64,000 bases of DNA from an uncultured Arcobacteraceae bacterium (GCA_964022095.1 CAXHZO010000002.1:288001-352000); one strand, 5' to 3'; shown: positions 1 through 10,347, counted from the first letter of the stretch. Made by a program: numbers and translations. The notes: generated by a model from the letters alone, not told the origin.

Positions 1-63
1 TTGTATTTTAGGACTCTAAAAGAGTTAGAGCCCAAATCAATACTTACAATCTCTTTTGACATA

Positions 64-621
64 TTAAAGATGCTTGATTTTCATTTTAGAGTTTAATAAA
101 TATCCAATAACAATCATTGCTATTAAAACGAAAGTTTCAGATATGATTCCTGTTAAAAATACTAAATAAACAACCCAAAGCAAAATTGCACCAAGTGGAG
201 TTGGTACTCCTACAAAGTATTTTTCTACTTCACCTTCACTTGAATTAATATTAAATTGAATTAATCTTCTAAGCCCAGAAATAACATAAAAAACAAATGC
301 AAATATAATTAATGGTGTAGATAACATTAACTCTTTTGTATCAATTACTGCAAAGTAAATAAACATTGTAGGTACAATAACAAAAGATAAAAAGTCAGCA
401 TATGAGTCTAGTTGAATTCCAAATTGTGTAGAAAGATTATATTTTCTAGCAATTTTACCATCAACAATATCAAAAGCCCCTGCAAGCCATGCAAAAAGTG
501 CAGCTGCAAAAAAATCATTATGTGTTAAAAAATAAATAGCAAAAAGTCCAGCAGCTATATTAAAAAATGTAGCAATATTCGCTAAGTTAAAATGGTGGTT
601 TTTGTTAAACAAAAAACTCAT
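64..621 (-). CDS. pssA: CDP-alcohol phosphatidyltransferase (phosphatidylserine synthase-like)
   Basis: DxxDGxxAR...GxxLDxxxD motif (DIVDGKIARK...GIQLDSYAD); hydrophobic throughout. Confidence 0.8.
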   Translation of the reverse strand: MSFLFNKNHHFNLANIATFFNIAAGLFAIYFLTHNDFFAAALFAWLAGAFDIVDGKIARKYNLSTQFGIQLDSYADFLSFVIVPTMFIYFAVIDTKELMLSTPLIIFAFVFYVISGLRRLIQFNINSSEGEVEKYFVGVPTPLGAILLWVVYLVFLTGIISETFVLIAMIVIGYLLNSKMKIKHL

Positions 622-1730
622 TAATCAGTTCCTTTAATTAAGTTATATCTATTTCTTCCAGTCTGCTTTGACTTATATAAGCATTCATCAGCTTTTTTAT
701 AAAGTCTATTTGCAGAAATGTAGGTATTTGGTTCGTAAATTACTGCACCAATTGAAATAGAAATGATGTCTAGTATTTTACTATTTTTATGCTCAATTTT
801 AGCCTCTAATATTTTATTATTGATATCTTTTAAACAATTTTCGACAATATTTTCATTAATATCGAATAATATTACTCCAAACTCTTCCCCACCTAATCTA
901 AAAACAAATTCATATTGTCTATCAAAATAATTTCTTAATATATTAGATACTTCAATTAAGGCTTCATCACCTTTATCATGGCCATATGTGTCATTGTATT
1001 GTTTGAAATAATCAATATCAATCATAATAAAAGCACAATCCCAGTTATTTGCATTTGATATAAATGGCATATTATCGAAAATATTATCAAAGTATTTTCT
1101 ATTATATAGTTTTGTTAGACCATCAGTAATTGAATCAATTTTGTATTGTTTATTTAGTATTCTTAGCTGATTGTCTTTTTTTATTACTTGGAATATTATA
1201 AAAGCAATTAGTGCAAAGGCTAAAATTAAAATAAATACAATACTATAAAATAAAAAGTCTTTCATTTGTTTATAATCATTTATAAACTCTTTTCTTTGTT
1301 TAAATGCAACCTTTGTTTCATAATCAACTAAAAACTCGATTTTCTTTTTCATATTTTTAAATTTATATAATTTATTTGCTTTAAAAGCATCAACTAATTC
1401 ATCATTAATAGCTTCTACAACAATTTTTTCATCATCTGTTTTATAAGTATTAAAATAGTATTCCCATTCTTGTTGTATAGCTTCTTGTTCTTTTTTGAAA
1501 TCACATATATATTTCATTGTACGACAAGATATAATTTTTTGATAATTTTCAGAAATAATTCTCAGTTTAACTATTGGAATAAAATTTCCAAAGTATAAAT
1601 TATCTATTTGATTTTTAAGTTTATCTATTTGGTTATTAAAAAGTAAAGTAGAGCTTATAAGCGACAAAACAACAACTAGTACAAGTATTATAAGTTTAAA
1701 TGTTGTTGATTTTAATATCCTGTTTTTCAT
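621..1730 (-). CDS. Membrane diguanylate cyclase with periplasmic four-helix-type sensor region
   Basis: Two TM segments; DGLTKLYNR, DIDYFKQYNDTYGH and RLGGEEF motifs. Confidence 0.9.
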   Translation of the reverse strand: MKNRILKSTTFKLIILVLVVVLSLISSTLLFNNQIDKLKNQIDNLYFGNFIPIVKLRIISENYQKIISCRTMKYICDFKKEQEAIQQEWEYYFNTYKTDDEKIVVEAINDELVDAFKANKLYKFKNMKKKIEFLVDYETKVAFKQRKEFINDYKQMKDFLFYSIVFILILAFALIAFIIFQVIKKDNQLRILNKQYKIDSITDGLTKLYNRKYFDNIFDNMPFISNANNWDCAFIMIDIDYFKQYNDTYGHDKGDEALIEVSNILRNYFDRQYEFVFRLGGEEFGVILFDINENIVENCLKDINNKILEAKIEHKNSKILDIISISIGAVIYEPNTYISANRLYKKADECLYKSKQTGRNRYNLIKGTD

Positions 1731-1797
1731 TATTATATTTTAACTAAAATAGATGAAAAATAGATAAAATAACGACTTTGATTTATGTAAAAAAAAA

Positions 1798-1806
1798 TGA
1801 TATAAT
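1798..1806 (+). promoter_or_regulatory. Extended -10 promoter (TGnTATAAT) for the 1858-2531 operon
   Basis: tgatataat about 50 nt upstream of ATG 1858; AAGGA RBS present. Confidence 0.55.
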
Positions 1807-1857
1807 AAATAAAATAACGATAATCATAAGTTAATAATATAAATAAAGGATTTAGTT

Positions 1858-2097
1858 ATGACAATTGATAATAATTTAGCAGCAATGGTTTCTTCTCAAA
1901 TGCAAGTTAGTCAAATGGCTTCAAATATAGCACAAGTTTCAAATGCTATTGGAGATCCTGAGTTTCAAGAAGTTACTGCAGATTTAATAGACTCAATAGT
2001 TGGTCAAATTCCTGAGGTAATATCTTATGAAGCAAATGCAAAAGGAATCCAAACACAAAATGCTGTTGCAGATACCTTATTAGATTTAAAGGCTTAA
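1858..2097 (+). CDS. Small protein resembling the flagellar rod/hook C-terminal helix domain
   Basis: AAGGA RBS; C-terminus YEANAKGIQTQNAVADTLLDLKA resembles the FlgC/E/G C-terminal motif. Confidence 0.65.
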   Translation: MTIDNNLAAMVSSQMQVSQMASNIAQVSNAIGDPEFQEVTADLIDSIVGQIPEVISYEANAKGIQTQNAVADTLLDLKA

Positions 2098-2099
2098 TA

Positions 2100-2531
2100 A
2101 TGTCAAAAATAAATGTAGTATGTCCCCACTGTAAAAAAGTTAATTCAATACCAAAAAAAGATAGTTATTCAAAAGCTAATTGTGGTGAGTGTAAAAACTC
2201 ATTATTAGATACTACTCCAATAGAAGTAGATGAATCAAATTTTGATCATATAGTTGTAAATTCAGATATTCCAGTAGTTGTAGATTTTTGGGCACCTTGG
2301 TGTGGTCCTTGTAAAACTATGGCACCTATTTTTAATGATGTCTCACAAAAGTTTCCATTAAAAGCTTTATTTATAAAAGTTAATACAGAAGTTCATCAAA
2401 GTTTAGGTTCAAAATTTGGTATTAGATCAATTCCTACAATAATAGTTTATAAAAATGGAATAGAGAAAAAAAGAGTATCTGGAGCTTTAGATCCTCTTAG
2501 ATTAATAAACCTAGTAAATGAATGTTTATAA
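2100..2531 (+). CDS. trxC: Thioredoxin TrxC (zinc-finger thioredoxin 2)
   Basis: N-terminal CPHC/CGEC pair plus WCGPC active site. Confidence 0.92.
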   Translation: MSKINVVCPHCKKVNSIPKKDSYSKANCGECKNSLLDTTPIEVDESNFDHIVVNSDIPVVVDFWAPWCGPCKTMAPIFNDVSQKFPLKALFIKVNTEVHQSLGSKFGIRSIPTIIVYKNGIEKKRVSGALDPLRLINLVNECL

Positions 2532-2534
2532 GAA

Positions 2535-3029
2535 CTATTTATTTGTTCTTATAAACTTATTTAACTCTTTTAGTTGATTTTCATTGAAAGTTTCTATTCC
2601 ATTTTCATTTAATAATCTTGCAGTCATACCTTGCGAATCAATTAATGTTTCACTAAATGTTCCATCATAAGTTTGAATATTTCCACATGATGGTGAATTT
2701 GCTTTTAGAAGTGCCACTTTTATATTCTCTTCTTTGCATAAATCTAAAGCATTTTTTGCTCCAATTAAAAAATTAACCGTAACATCTTCTCCATCTTTAT
2801 TTTGAATTTTAAATGGTTTTTCATGACTTGTTATTTCTGCTGGAAGTCTTGGAGTTCCTAATCCACCAGATACTTCAGGACAAAATGAGTAAATTTCATT
2901 ATCACATAAAATATCCATAAACAGCTCTTTTGTACTGAATTTAAAACTAGGGTTATATGCAATTGATGAGTTATCCCCATCATATCTAACATCTTCACCT
3001 AATAAACAAGAAGATACTAAAATTTTCAT
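2535..3029 (-). CDS. DUF523 / thiouracil desulfidase (TudS)-family protein
   Basis: VSSCLLG..VRYDG, CPEV.GGL.TPR and SPSCG motifs. Confidence 0.85.
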   Translation of the reverse strand: MKILVSSCLLGEDVRYDGDNSSIAYNPSFKFSTKELFMDILCDNEIYSFCPEVSGGLGTPRLPAEITSHEKPFKIQNKDGEDVTVNFLIGAKNALDLCKEENIKVALLKANSPSCGNIQTYDGTFSETLIDSQGMTARLLNENGIETFNENQLKELNKFIRTNK

Positions 3030-3032
3030 ATA

Positions 3033-3797
3033 TTAATCTTCTTTCCTATCTAAATAATCATTATTAAAAAAAGTAGATGGTTGCATATTTGAAAATGCTG
3101 CTTTCATTGAAACAAATATTTTCGGATTATCTTCTTCAAGTTTTGCTAACAACTCTTTTGTAGATTGTCTTGCATGGGGCATTTTAATATCAAATCTTAA
3201 ACCTGGACAAGCTTCATCTCCAATTACTCTAATTTCATTTGCATCAGCAAATGCTCTTAATTGTCTCTCTCTACATTGAATTAATGGTCTAATAACTTCT
3301 AAACCGTTTTCTGCTTTATAAATTGGAGGCATTGATCTCATAGTTCCATTATAAAAGAAATTCATAAAAAATGATTCCATAGCATCATCTAAGTGATGTC
3401 CAAGGGCAAGTTTATTATAACCTTGCTCTAATGCAGTTGTATATAAGTACCCTCTTCTCATTCTTGAGAAAAATGAACAAAAAGATGAGTTTTTTCTGAT
3501 TTTTTCACCAGCTAGATCAAAGATTTGAGTATCTACTATTTCATGCTCAATTCCATATTCTTTACAGTGATTAGCTAAAAATTCAATTTGCTCACCCATT
3601 CCATAAGTTACTGTAACTGCTTTAAATTCAAAGTCAAATGGAGCAACTCTTTTTAAGTGATTTAATGAATGTAATAAAGTTAAAGAGTCTTTTCCTCCAG
3701 AAAATCCAACTAATACTCTATCACCTTCTTTTATAAGTGAATAGTGTGCATTTGTTTTTCCAACTAGTTTTGATATTTTTTTACTAAGTTCAACCAA
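3033..3797 (-). CDS. ttcA: tRNA 2-thiocytidine biosynthesis TtcA-family PP-loop ATPase
   Basis: SGGKDS PP-loop, CSFFSRMRRG, LGHHLDD, IRPL. Confidence 0.8.
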   Translation of the reverse strand: MVELSKKISKLVGKTNAHYSLIKEGDRVLVGFSGGKDSLTLLHSLNHLKRVAPFDFEFKAVTVTYGMGEQIEFLANHCKEYGIEHEIVDTQIFDLAGEKIRKNSSFCSFFSRMRRGYLYTTALEQGYNKLALGHHLDDAMESFFMNFFYNGTMRSMPPIYKAENGLEVIRPLIQCRERQLRAFADANEIRVIGDEACPGLRFDIKMPHARQSTKELLAKLEEDNPKIFVSMKAAFSNMQPSTFFNNDYLDRKED

Positions 3798-3860
3798 AAT
3801 TTTGTTCCTATTATAGTTTTTGCGGATTATAACAAAAAAGTTCTCAAAACTAAATTTACA

Positions 3861-4280
3861 TTAATCTATTTTAAAACAAAAGTGATGAGATTCAATTTTA
3901 AAATCTTCAGATAAGTAAAATTTATGAGCTTCATGTCTATCAATTACTGAGTCAAGATGTATTGATGCACATTTTTGTTGTTTAGCGTATATTTTTATGA
4001 AATCTAATAGTGCTTTTGCAGCAATTGATGCTTTTTGTGTTTTGTTAGTTACAAAGTCTTCAATCTTAATGTGTTTTCCCCTTGACAAAGTTGTAGTTAT
4101 AGTAAAACCAGATACGCATAAAATTTGTGTATCTTCAATTACATATGCAACTTTATAACCATTTTTTAATTGCTCAGCTACAGTATTTAGAAAATCATCT
4201 TTTGGCATATCTTCACGAATTTGATGTAAAACAGTATAACAAGATTTAATTTCTTCTTCTGATGCAATTTTAATTTCCAA
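3861..4280 (-). CDS. GNAT-family N-acetyltransferase
   Basis: IEDFVT...LDS..R..AHKFY...F pattern; TTG start with AAAGG RBS. Confidence 0.75.
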   Translation of the reverse strand: MEIKIASEEEIKSCYTVLHQIREDMPKDDFLNTVAEQLKNGYKVAYVIEDTQILCVSGFTITTTLSRGKHIKIEDFVTNKTQKASIAAKALLDFIKIYAKQQKCASIHLDSVIDRHEAHKFYLSEDFKIESHHFCFKID

Positions 4281-4422
4281 AAATAATCCTTTTCATATAT
4301 ATTCTTATGATAACAAAATTATTTTTTAAATTAACAAAAAAAATGGAAAATAATCAAAAATTTACTAAATTTTTAACTATTTTGTATATAATTTCAATAA
4401 AAATAATTAGGGAAAAAATTTT

Positions 4423-4620
4423 ATGACATTAGAGGAAGAAAAAGAGTTTAAAAATAAAATAATTGAGACAATTATTCCCATAGCAATTAACATGACTGAA
4501 GATCAAATTAAAAATATCATAAATATTGTTGAATCAGAAAATAGTGAAATTCCTGATGGATTTGGTGCAATGTTATTTGAACAAATAATGCTTGAAAAAT
4601 ATAAAAATAATAAATTATAA
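4423..4620 (+). CDS. Small hypothetical protein
   Basis: AGGG RBS, upstream TATAAT, fills the intergenic gap. Confidence 0.6.
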   Translation: MTLEEEKEFKNKIIETIIPIAINMTEDQIKNIINIVESENSEIPDGFGAMLFEQIMLEKYKNNKL

Positions 4621-4700
4621 AATTTCTTTTCTATACTACTTTAACTAATCTTTTTTAATTTTTAGATACCATTTCATAGATTTAAGAATAAGGATAAAAA

Positions 4701-5921
4701 TTGAGAAACTTTATAAGTTATGATGAATCTTTAAAAATATTACAAAATATTAAACTAACAAAAAATACTACAGAAAAACTTTTTATAACAAATGCCATTG
4801 GAAGAGTAATTGCAAAAGATGTAGTTGCTGATCATAATAGTCCAGAGTTCCCAACTTCGGGTATGGATGGATATGCTTTTAAATATGAAGATATTAAAAA
4901 TGAATCTTTAGAAATTATTGATAAAAATCCTGCAGGAACTGTTGTTGAATCAAGTGTTACTAACGGAGTTTGTATAAAAACTTTTACAGGATCACTTATG
5001 CCTAAAGGTAGTGATACTTTAGTTCCAATTGAAAATGTTGAAGTTATTGATAATAAAATAAAAATTACAAAAGAAGTAAAAAAAGGTTTTGCAATTAGAG
5101 CCATTGGTGAAAATTATGCAAAAGATGAAGTACTAATTAAAGCTGGAACTGTAATTGGCTTTGCAGAGGTTGGTGTACTAGCATCACTAAATATTTCACA
5201 AATTGAAGTTATTGTTAATCCTACTGTTGCAATTGCTAGTACGGGAAGTGAAGTTTTAGATTTAGGTGAAACTCAAACAAATGACTCACAAATTAGAAGT
5301 TCAAATCACTTAACATTAGAGGCTTTATGTAAATCTAATGGAGCTAATACTATACAAATGGGTATTGTAAAAGATGATATTGGTTCTATTACAAATTTAT
5401 TTGAAACAGCTCTTAGTAAATCAGATATTGTTATTACAACAGGTGGAGTTAGTGTTGGTGATTATGATTTTGTTCAAGATGTAATAAAAGATAGATTAAA
5501 AGCTGATGTGTTATTTCATGGGGTTACAATAAAACCAGGTATGCATTTGCTAGCAGCCATTAAAGATGGAAAGATTATTATTGCCCTACCTGGTTTTGCA
5601 TACTCTTCAACTGTTTGTGCAATTTTATATGTCTTACCATTAATTTATAGATTTAGAAATTCAAATGAATCATTGCCAATAGTTAAAGCGGTGATTGAGA
5701 AAGATTATCCAAAATTTATGCCAAAAACAATCTTTACCGCTTGTAATGTAGAGTATAAAAATGATCAATATTATATAAACTTTGATGGAAAGAAAAAAGG
5801 TACAAGTGCAATACTTACAAATATGCTTGAGAGCCCTGCTTTACTAATTCAAAAAGAAGATAGTAAAGATATAAAAGCTGGAGATTTAGTAGATATTCTT
5901 CTTTTAAATAGTATAAAATAG
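4701..5921 (+). CDS. moeA: Molybdopterin molybdotransferase MoeA
   Basis: SGMDGYA, TGSEV, TTGGVSVGDYDF, IKPG, LPG motifs. Confidence 0.93.
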   Translation: MRNFISYDESLKILQNIKLTKNTTEKLFITNAIGRVIAKDVVADHNSPEFPTSGMDGYAFKYEDIKNESLEIIDKNPAGTVVESSVTNGVCIKTFTGSLMPKGSDTLVPIENVEVIDNKIKITKEVKKGFAIRAIGENYAKDEVLIKAGTVIGFAEVGVLASLNISQIEVIVNPTVAIASTGSEVLDLGETQTNDSQIRSSNHLTLEALCKSNGANTIQMGIVKDDIGSITNLFETALSKSDIVITTGGVSVGDYDFVQDVIKDRLKADVLFHGVTIKPGMHLLAAIKDGKIIIALPGFAYSSTVCAILYVLPLIYRFRNSNESLPIVKAVIEKDYPKFMPKTIFTACNVEYKNDQYYINFDGKKKGTSAILTNMLESPALLIQKEDSKDIKAGDLVDILLLNSIK

Positions 5922-6815
5922 ATGAATAAAAATCTATTTTATATTCTTATGGTTTTTGCCATGGTGTTCTGGGGAGCATCATGGGTAAATGTAAAAGTTT
6001 TATCAAACTATATAAACGAATATGAATTAGTATTTTTTAGAATGGGAATTTCTTTAATTAGTATGATTCCTATAATATATTATTTAAAACTCTCTTTTAA
6101 AATTGATTATAAAGCTTTGTTTTCCATAATTTTAGCTTCAATTGTTTTAGTGTTATACTCAATATTCTTCTTTTTGGGTGTAGATCATGGTACTGCTGGT
6201 TTTGGTGGGGCTTTAGTAACTACTTTAATTCCAATAAATACTTTTATCATACTTGCTGTAATGAATAAAAAAACTATTAGCTTAAAACATTCATTTGCTT
6301 TAATATTAGGTGGGTTTGGTGTTTTAACTATGCTTAATATTTGGCAATTTGATTTAAATGAAATATTTTCAAAAGAGAATATATACTTCATAATAGCTTC
6401 TATTTTATGGCCAATACTAACTATAATTAGCTCAAAAGTAGTAAAACTAAACCCTCTTATTCTTACATTTTATGTATATTTATTATCTACAATATTTATA
6501 TATATTTTCTTTATAGACTCAACACTTGAACAAAAAATGCAAAGTTTTGATTATCTATTTTATATTAACATATTTGTTATATCAATATTAGCAACAACTT
6601 ATGCAACATCAGTTTATTTTATAGGAATACAAAAACTAGGAGCAAATGAAGTAAGTACTTTTATATTTTTAGTTCCGACCAGTGCTTTAATCTTAAGTGC
6701 AGTGTTTTTAGATGAGAAAATTACATTTAATGTTTTATTAGGAACTATTTGTACAATAACAGCAATTTATATTCTAAATAACCTAAGTATTTTTAGGTTA
6801 TTTAAAAAAGATTAG
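5922..6815 (+). CDS. DMT/EamA family transporter
   Basis: About 10 TM helices, FWGASW start, two EamA halves. Confidence 0.85.
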   Translation: MNKNLFYILMVFAMVFWGASWVNVKVLSNYINEYELVFFRMGISLISMIPIIYYLKLSFKIDYKALFSIILASIVLVLYSIFFFLGVDHGTAGFGGALVTTLIPINTFIILAVMNKKTISLKHSFALILGGFGVLTMLNIWQFDLNEIFSKENIYFIIASILWPILTIISSKVVKLNPLILTFYVYLLSTIFIYIFFIDSTLEQKMQSFDYLFYINIFVISILATTYATSVYFIGIQKLGANEVSTFIFLVPTSALILSAVFLDEKITFNVLLGTICTITAIYILNNLSIFRLFKKD

Positions 6816-7705
6816 TTAAAAGTATTACAAGCTTTTAAATCACCTGTTTGGAAACCTTTTTTAAACCAATCCATTCTTTGAGCTGAACTTCCATGAGTAA
6901 ATGCATCAGGAACAACATATCCTTGAGCTTTTTTCTGTAAGGTATCATCTCCAATAGCACTTGCTGCATTTAAAGCTTCTTGAATATCACCTTGTTCTAT
7001 TGAGTTAAAGTCTTTTTTTGAATAGTAAGCCCAAAGTCCTGCATAACAATCAGCTTGAAGTTCAACTTTTACTTGTAAAGCATTATCTTGAGTATCTGAT
7101 AATGATTTTTTTGCTTTTTGTACTTTATTAATAGTTCCAACTAAATTTTGTACATGATGCCCTATTTCATGAGCAATTACATAAGCTTGTGCAAAATCTC
7201 CTGGAGCATCATGTCTTTTTGCAAGTTCATCAAAAAATGATAAATCTAAATAAACTTTTTGATCAGCTGGACAATAAAATGGTCCAGTTTGTGAAGACGC
7301 AAAGCCACATCCACTTTTCACAGAATTTCTAAATAAAACTAATTTTGGTTCTGAATATTTTGAACCATATTGAGCAAAAACTTTTGTCCAAATATCTTCA
7401 GTTTGGGCTAATACAGCACTTACAAATTGTGCATTCTTATCATCAACTTCTTGATTTACAACTTGATTAGAACTAGTAGATGAAGTTCCACCCATATTTA
7501 ATAAAGCAAGGGGATTAAATCCCATGAAATATGCAACTACACCAACAACTAAAACTATTCTTCCTATTTTAGTTCCAATTAGCATTTTTACTACTGGAAG
7601 AAGTAAGGCCATAGAATTTCCACCTCTTCCTTCCCCTAGATTTACTCCTGATTGACTTCTTTTATCTTCTACATTAGAACTTCGTCTATTGTTTTCCCAC
7701 TTCAT
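6812..7705 (-). CDS. Neutral zinc metallopeptidase (YpfJ-like)
   Basis: GPFYCPAD, AHEIGHHVQ (HExxH), ELQADC, FTHGS. Confidence 0.9.
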   Translation of the reverse strand: MKWENNRRSSNVEDKRSQSGVNLGEGRGGNSMALLLPVVKMLIGTKIGRIVLVVGVVAYFMGFNPLALLNMGGTSSTSSNQVVNQEVDDKNAQFVSAVLAQTEDIWTKVFAQYGSKYSEPKLVLFRNSVKSGCGFASSQTGPFYCPADQKVYLDLSFFDELAKRHDAPGDFAQAYVIAHEIGHHVQNLVGTINKVQKAKKSLSDTQDNALQVKVELQADCYAGLWAYYSKKDFNSIEQGDIQEALNAASAIGDDTLQKKAQGYVVPDAFTHGSSAQRMDWFKKGFQTGDLKACNTFN

Positions 7706-8876
7706 CTTTTGCCTTGAATGTAAATTTATTATCTATATTAGCTTGTTTCGTAAATTTGATATCACTATTTTTTTCTTTTTTTTCATTATCTGAACAACAA
7801 GAATTACTAGAACAGCAAGACTCCTCTTTTTTAGAACCTCTTTTTAACCAAGGTATTATTAAGTAGTAAGCTAACATGATTAACATAATCAAACTTGCAA
7901 TTTGAGATATTATTGAACTATGCTCATTTTCTAAATCAAAATTTATTATGTTTACTTGTGAGAATATTGTATCAAATAAAAAGCCAAAGATTAATGAAAG
8001 TAATAAAATAACAGATAAATATATTATTAGAGATGTTTTTCCAAGGGTTTTATAAACAACACTCATAGTAATAGCACTAGTTGCAGGTCCAGCTGTTAGA
8101 AAAATAAATGCTGCACCTGGACTCATTCCTTCAGTTATTAATGCAGCTGCAATTGGTAATGATGCTGTTGCACAGATATATAAAGGCATTGCAAAGAGTA
8201 TTATTACAAAATACGTTAGAATTTGATTTTCAAATAGTAATGATGTGTACTCTTTAGGAGCTAGGGTTGTAAATAGTGCACCAAAAATTAAACCTATGAA
8301 TATAGGTTTAACCATATCTTTAAATAAAGTTATATAAGCATATGAAAATGCAGCTTTAATTGAAAACTTCTTTTTAGTTATTGTAGTTGAACAACTATCA
8401 GTACAACATCCAGTTGAACATGAACTTTCTTCTGTATTTTGTTTAACACTAAGTTTTATATCATCTTTTTCAACTAAGTTTTGAATAATACCAACTAAAA
8501 TAGCAATTATTATAGAAGAAATTACTCTAAAAGCTGTAAAGAATAATCCAAAAAATGAGTATGTAGCCAAAATTGAATCAACACCAGTAATGGGACTTGA
8601 TATTAAAAAACTTTGTACAGAACCTTTACTAGCACCCTCTTTTCTAAGACTTTGAGCTAAAGGAATAACTGAACAAGAACAAACAGGAAGAGGTATACCA
8701 AAAATAGTTGATTTTATTACAGAAGAGATTGAACCACTTCCTAGATGTTTTGAGATAAAATCATCAGGAATCAGTTGTTTTAAAATACCTGCAAATAATA
8801 AACCTACAAGTATGTATATAGCCATTGCATCAAGAAGTGATAGAAAATTATTTGCTATTAATACTAGATAATCCAT
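7686..8876 (-). CDS. DUF318 / SO_0444-type permease with Cys-rich metal-binding linker and tail
   Basis: PVCSCSVIP, PLYICATAS, AGPAT; SSCSTGCCTDSC and SCCSSNSCC segments. Confidence 0.85.
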   Translation of the reverse strand: MDYLVLIANNFLSLLDAMAIYILVGLLFAGILKQLIPDDFISKHLGSGSISSVIKSTIFGIPLPVCSCSVIPLAQSLRKEGASKGSVQSFLISSPITGVDSILATYSFFGLFFTAFRVISSIIIAILVGIIQNLVEKDDIKLSVKQNTEESSCSTGCCTDSCSTTITKKKFSIKAAFSYAYITLFKDMVKPIFIGLIFGALFTTLAPKEYTSLLFENQILTYFVIILFAMPLYICATASLPIAAALITEGMSPGAAFIFLTAGPATSAITMSVVYKTLGKTSLIIYLSVILLLSLIFGFLFDTIFSQVNIINFDLENEHSSIISQIASLIMLIMLAYYLIIPWLKRGSKKEESCCSSNSCCSDNEKKEKNSDIKFTKQANIDNKFTFKAKDEVGKQ

Positions 8877-8877
8877 T

Positions 8878-10335
8878 TTAAGCTTCTTCGTTTTTTAAAG
8901 CATTTGAGTCTAATTGCTTTTTAGGTTTTACTCCTAATTCTAGAAACTCTTGAGATCTTCTCATTAAGTTTCCTTTTCCTGTTGATAGTTTATTCATTGC
9001 ACTTTCATATGATTTATTTGCAGATGATATTTTTGTACCAACATCTTCTAAATCAGTTACAAAGCCACTAAATTTATCATATAAATCAGCAGCTTTTTTA
9101 GAGATTAATTGAGCATTTTCATTTTGGTGTTCATTTCTCCAAATATTCTCTATAGTTCTTAGTGTAACATACAAAGTAGATGGAGAAACTAACATAATGT
9201 TATTTTCAAATGCCATTTTAAATAAGTTGTCATCTTGAGAAGTAGCTAAAATATAAGCACTTTCAACTGGAACAAACATTAAAACAAAATCAAGTGTACT
9301 CACACCATCTAAGTTTTCATAGCTTTTATTACTTAAGCCTTTTATATGTGCTGTTATTGATTTAGTTAACTCTTTAGCAGCTGTATCTTTTTTGGCTTTA
9401 TCTTCAGTTTTATTATAGTCTAAATATGAGTTTAAAGACACTTTAGAATCGATAATAATATCTTTTTTATTTGGTAAATGAACAATTACATCAGGTCTTA
9501 ATTTTTTCCCATTTGTATCATTAAATGAACCTTGAACTGTATATTCTCTTCCCTCTTTTAAACCAGTTTGATCTAAAATTGAAGATAATATCATCTCACC
9601 CCAATCACCTTGAGTTTTATTTTCACCTTTTAATGCTTTAGTAAGATTTACTGCATCTTCTGAGATTTTGTTATTTAACTCTTTTAGATTTTTAATTTCA
9701 GTTAATAATGAAGTTCTTTGTTTTGTTTCATCATTATATATATCATTAACTCTTTTACCAAACGATTCTAGTTGATCTTTAAATGATGTTAAAACTTGAG
9801 TCAAGTTTACATTTGATTTTTTTTGATTCTCTTCAAATAGTTTATTTGCTAAGTTCTCAAACTCTAATTTCATTTGTTTTTTAGACTCTTCTAAAATATC
9901 AATCTTTTCATTGAAGTTTGACTCTTTTATTTCAAACTCATTTAATAAAGACACTTCTTTAGCTTTAAATGAGTTAGTTAAACTTGACATTTTATACTCA
10001 TAAGAATCTTTTAGATTTTCAATAGTCTCTTCTCTATGCTTCTCTAAAAGTTTTAGTTTATCTTCTAAACTCTCTTTAATAAGTTTTTTCTCTTCTTCAA
10101 GTTTTCTATTTGAAGTTGTTAAGGTGTTTATTTGACCTTCGTATGAGCTATGATTTAATTCAATTTTTTCATTTAAAGCTTTTAATTTAAGCATAGCTTC
10201 ATCTTGAAGACTTTTTAATTGGTTTTCATACTTTTGTCTTGAAAACTGTAATATAATTAATAAACCCGATAGCATTGCAATTGTAGCAACTATAAGTGTT
10301 AGGTAACTAACTTCAATTACTGAACCTGTTAACAT
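8878..10335 (-). CDS. rmuC: DNA recombination protein RmuC
   Basis: TM helix and coiled coil, QGDWGE, RPDVIVHLP, IIDSKVSL, DFVLMFVP. Confidence 0.92.
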   Translation of the reverse strand: MLTGSVIEVSYLTLIVATIAMLSGLLIILQFSRQKYENQLKSLQDEAMLKLKALNEKIELNHSSYEGQINTLTTSNRKLEEEKKLIKESLEDKLKLLEKHREETIENLKDSYEYKMSSLTNSFKAKEVSLLNEFEIKESNFNEKIDILEESKKQMKLEFENLANKLFEENQKKSNVNLTQVLTSFKDQLESFGKRVNDIYNDETKQRTSLLTEIKNLKELNNKISEDAVNLTKALKGENKTQGDWGEMILSSILDQTGLKEGREYTVQGSFNDTNGKKLRPDVIVHLPNKKDIIIDSKVSLNSYLDYNKTEDKAKKDTAAKELTKSITAHIKGLSNKSYENLDGVSTLDFVLMFVPVESAYILATSQDDNLFKMAFENNIMLVSPSTLYVTLRTIENIWRNEHQNENAQLISKKAADLYDKFSGFVTDLEDVGTKISSANKSYESAMNKLSTGKGNLMRRSQEFLELGVKPKKQLDSNALKNEEA

Positions 10336-10347
10336 AAAACTATCCTT

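Noticed and set aside
9-36. Hairpin ggactctaa/ttagagccc downstream of pssA
   Set aside because: No clear U-tract on either strand and context is cut by the window edge; cannot be classified
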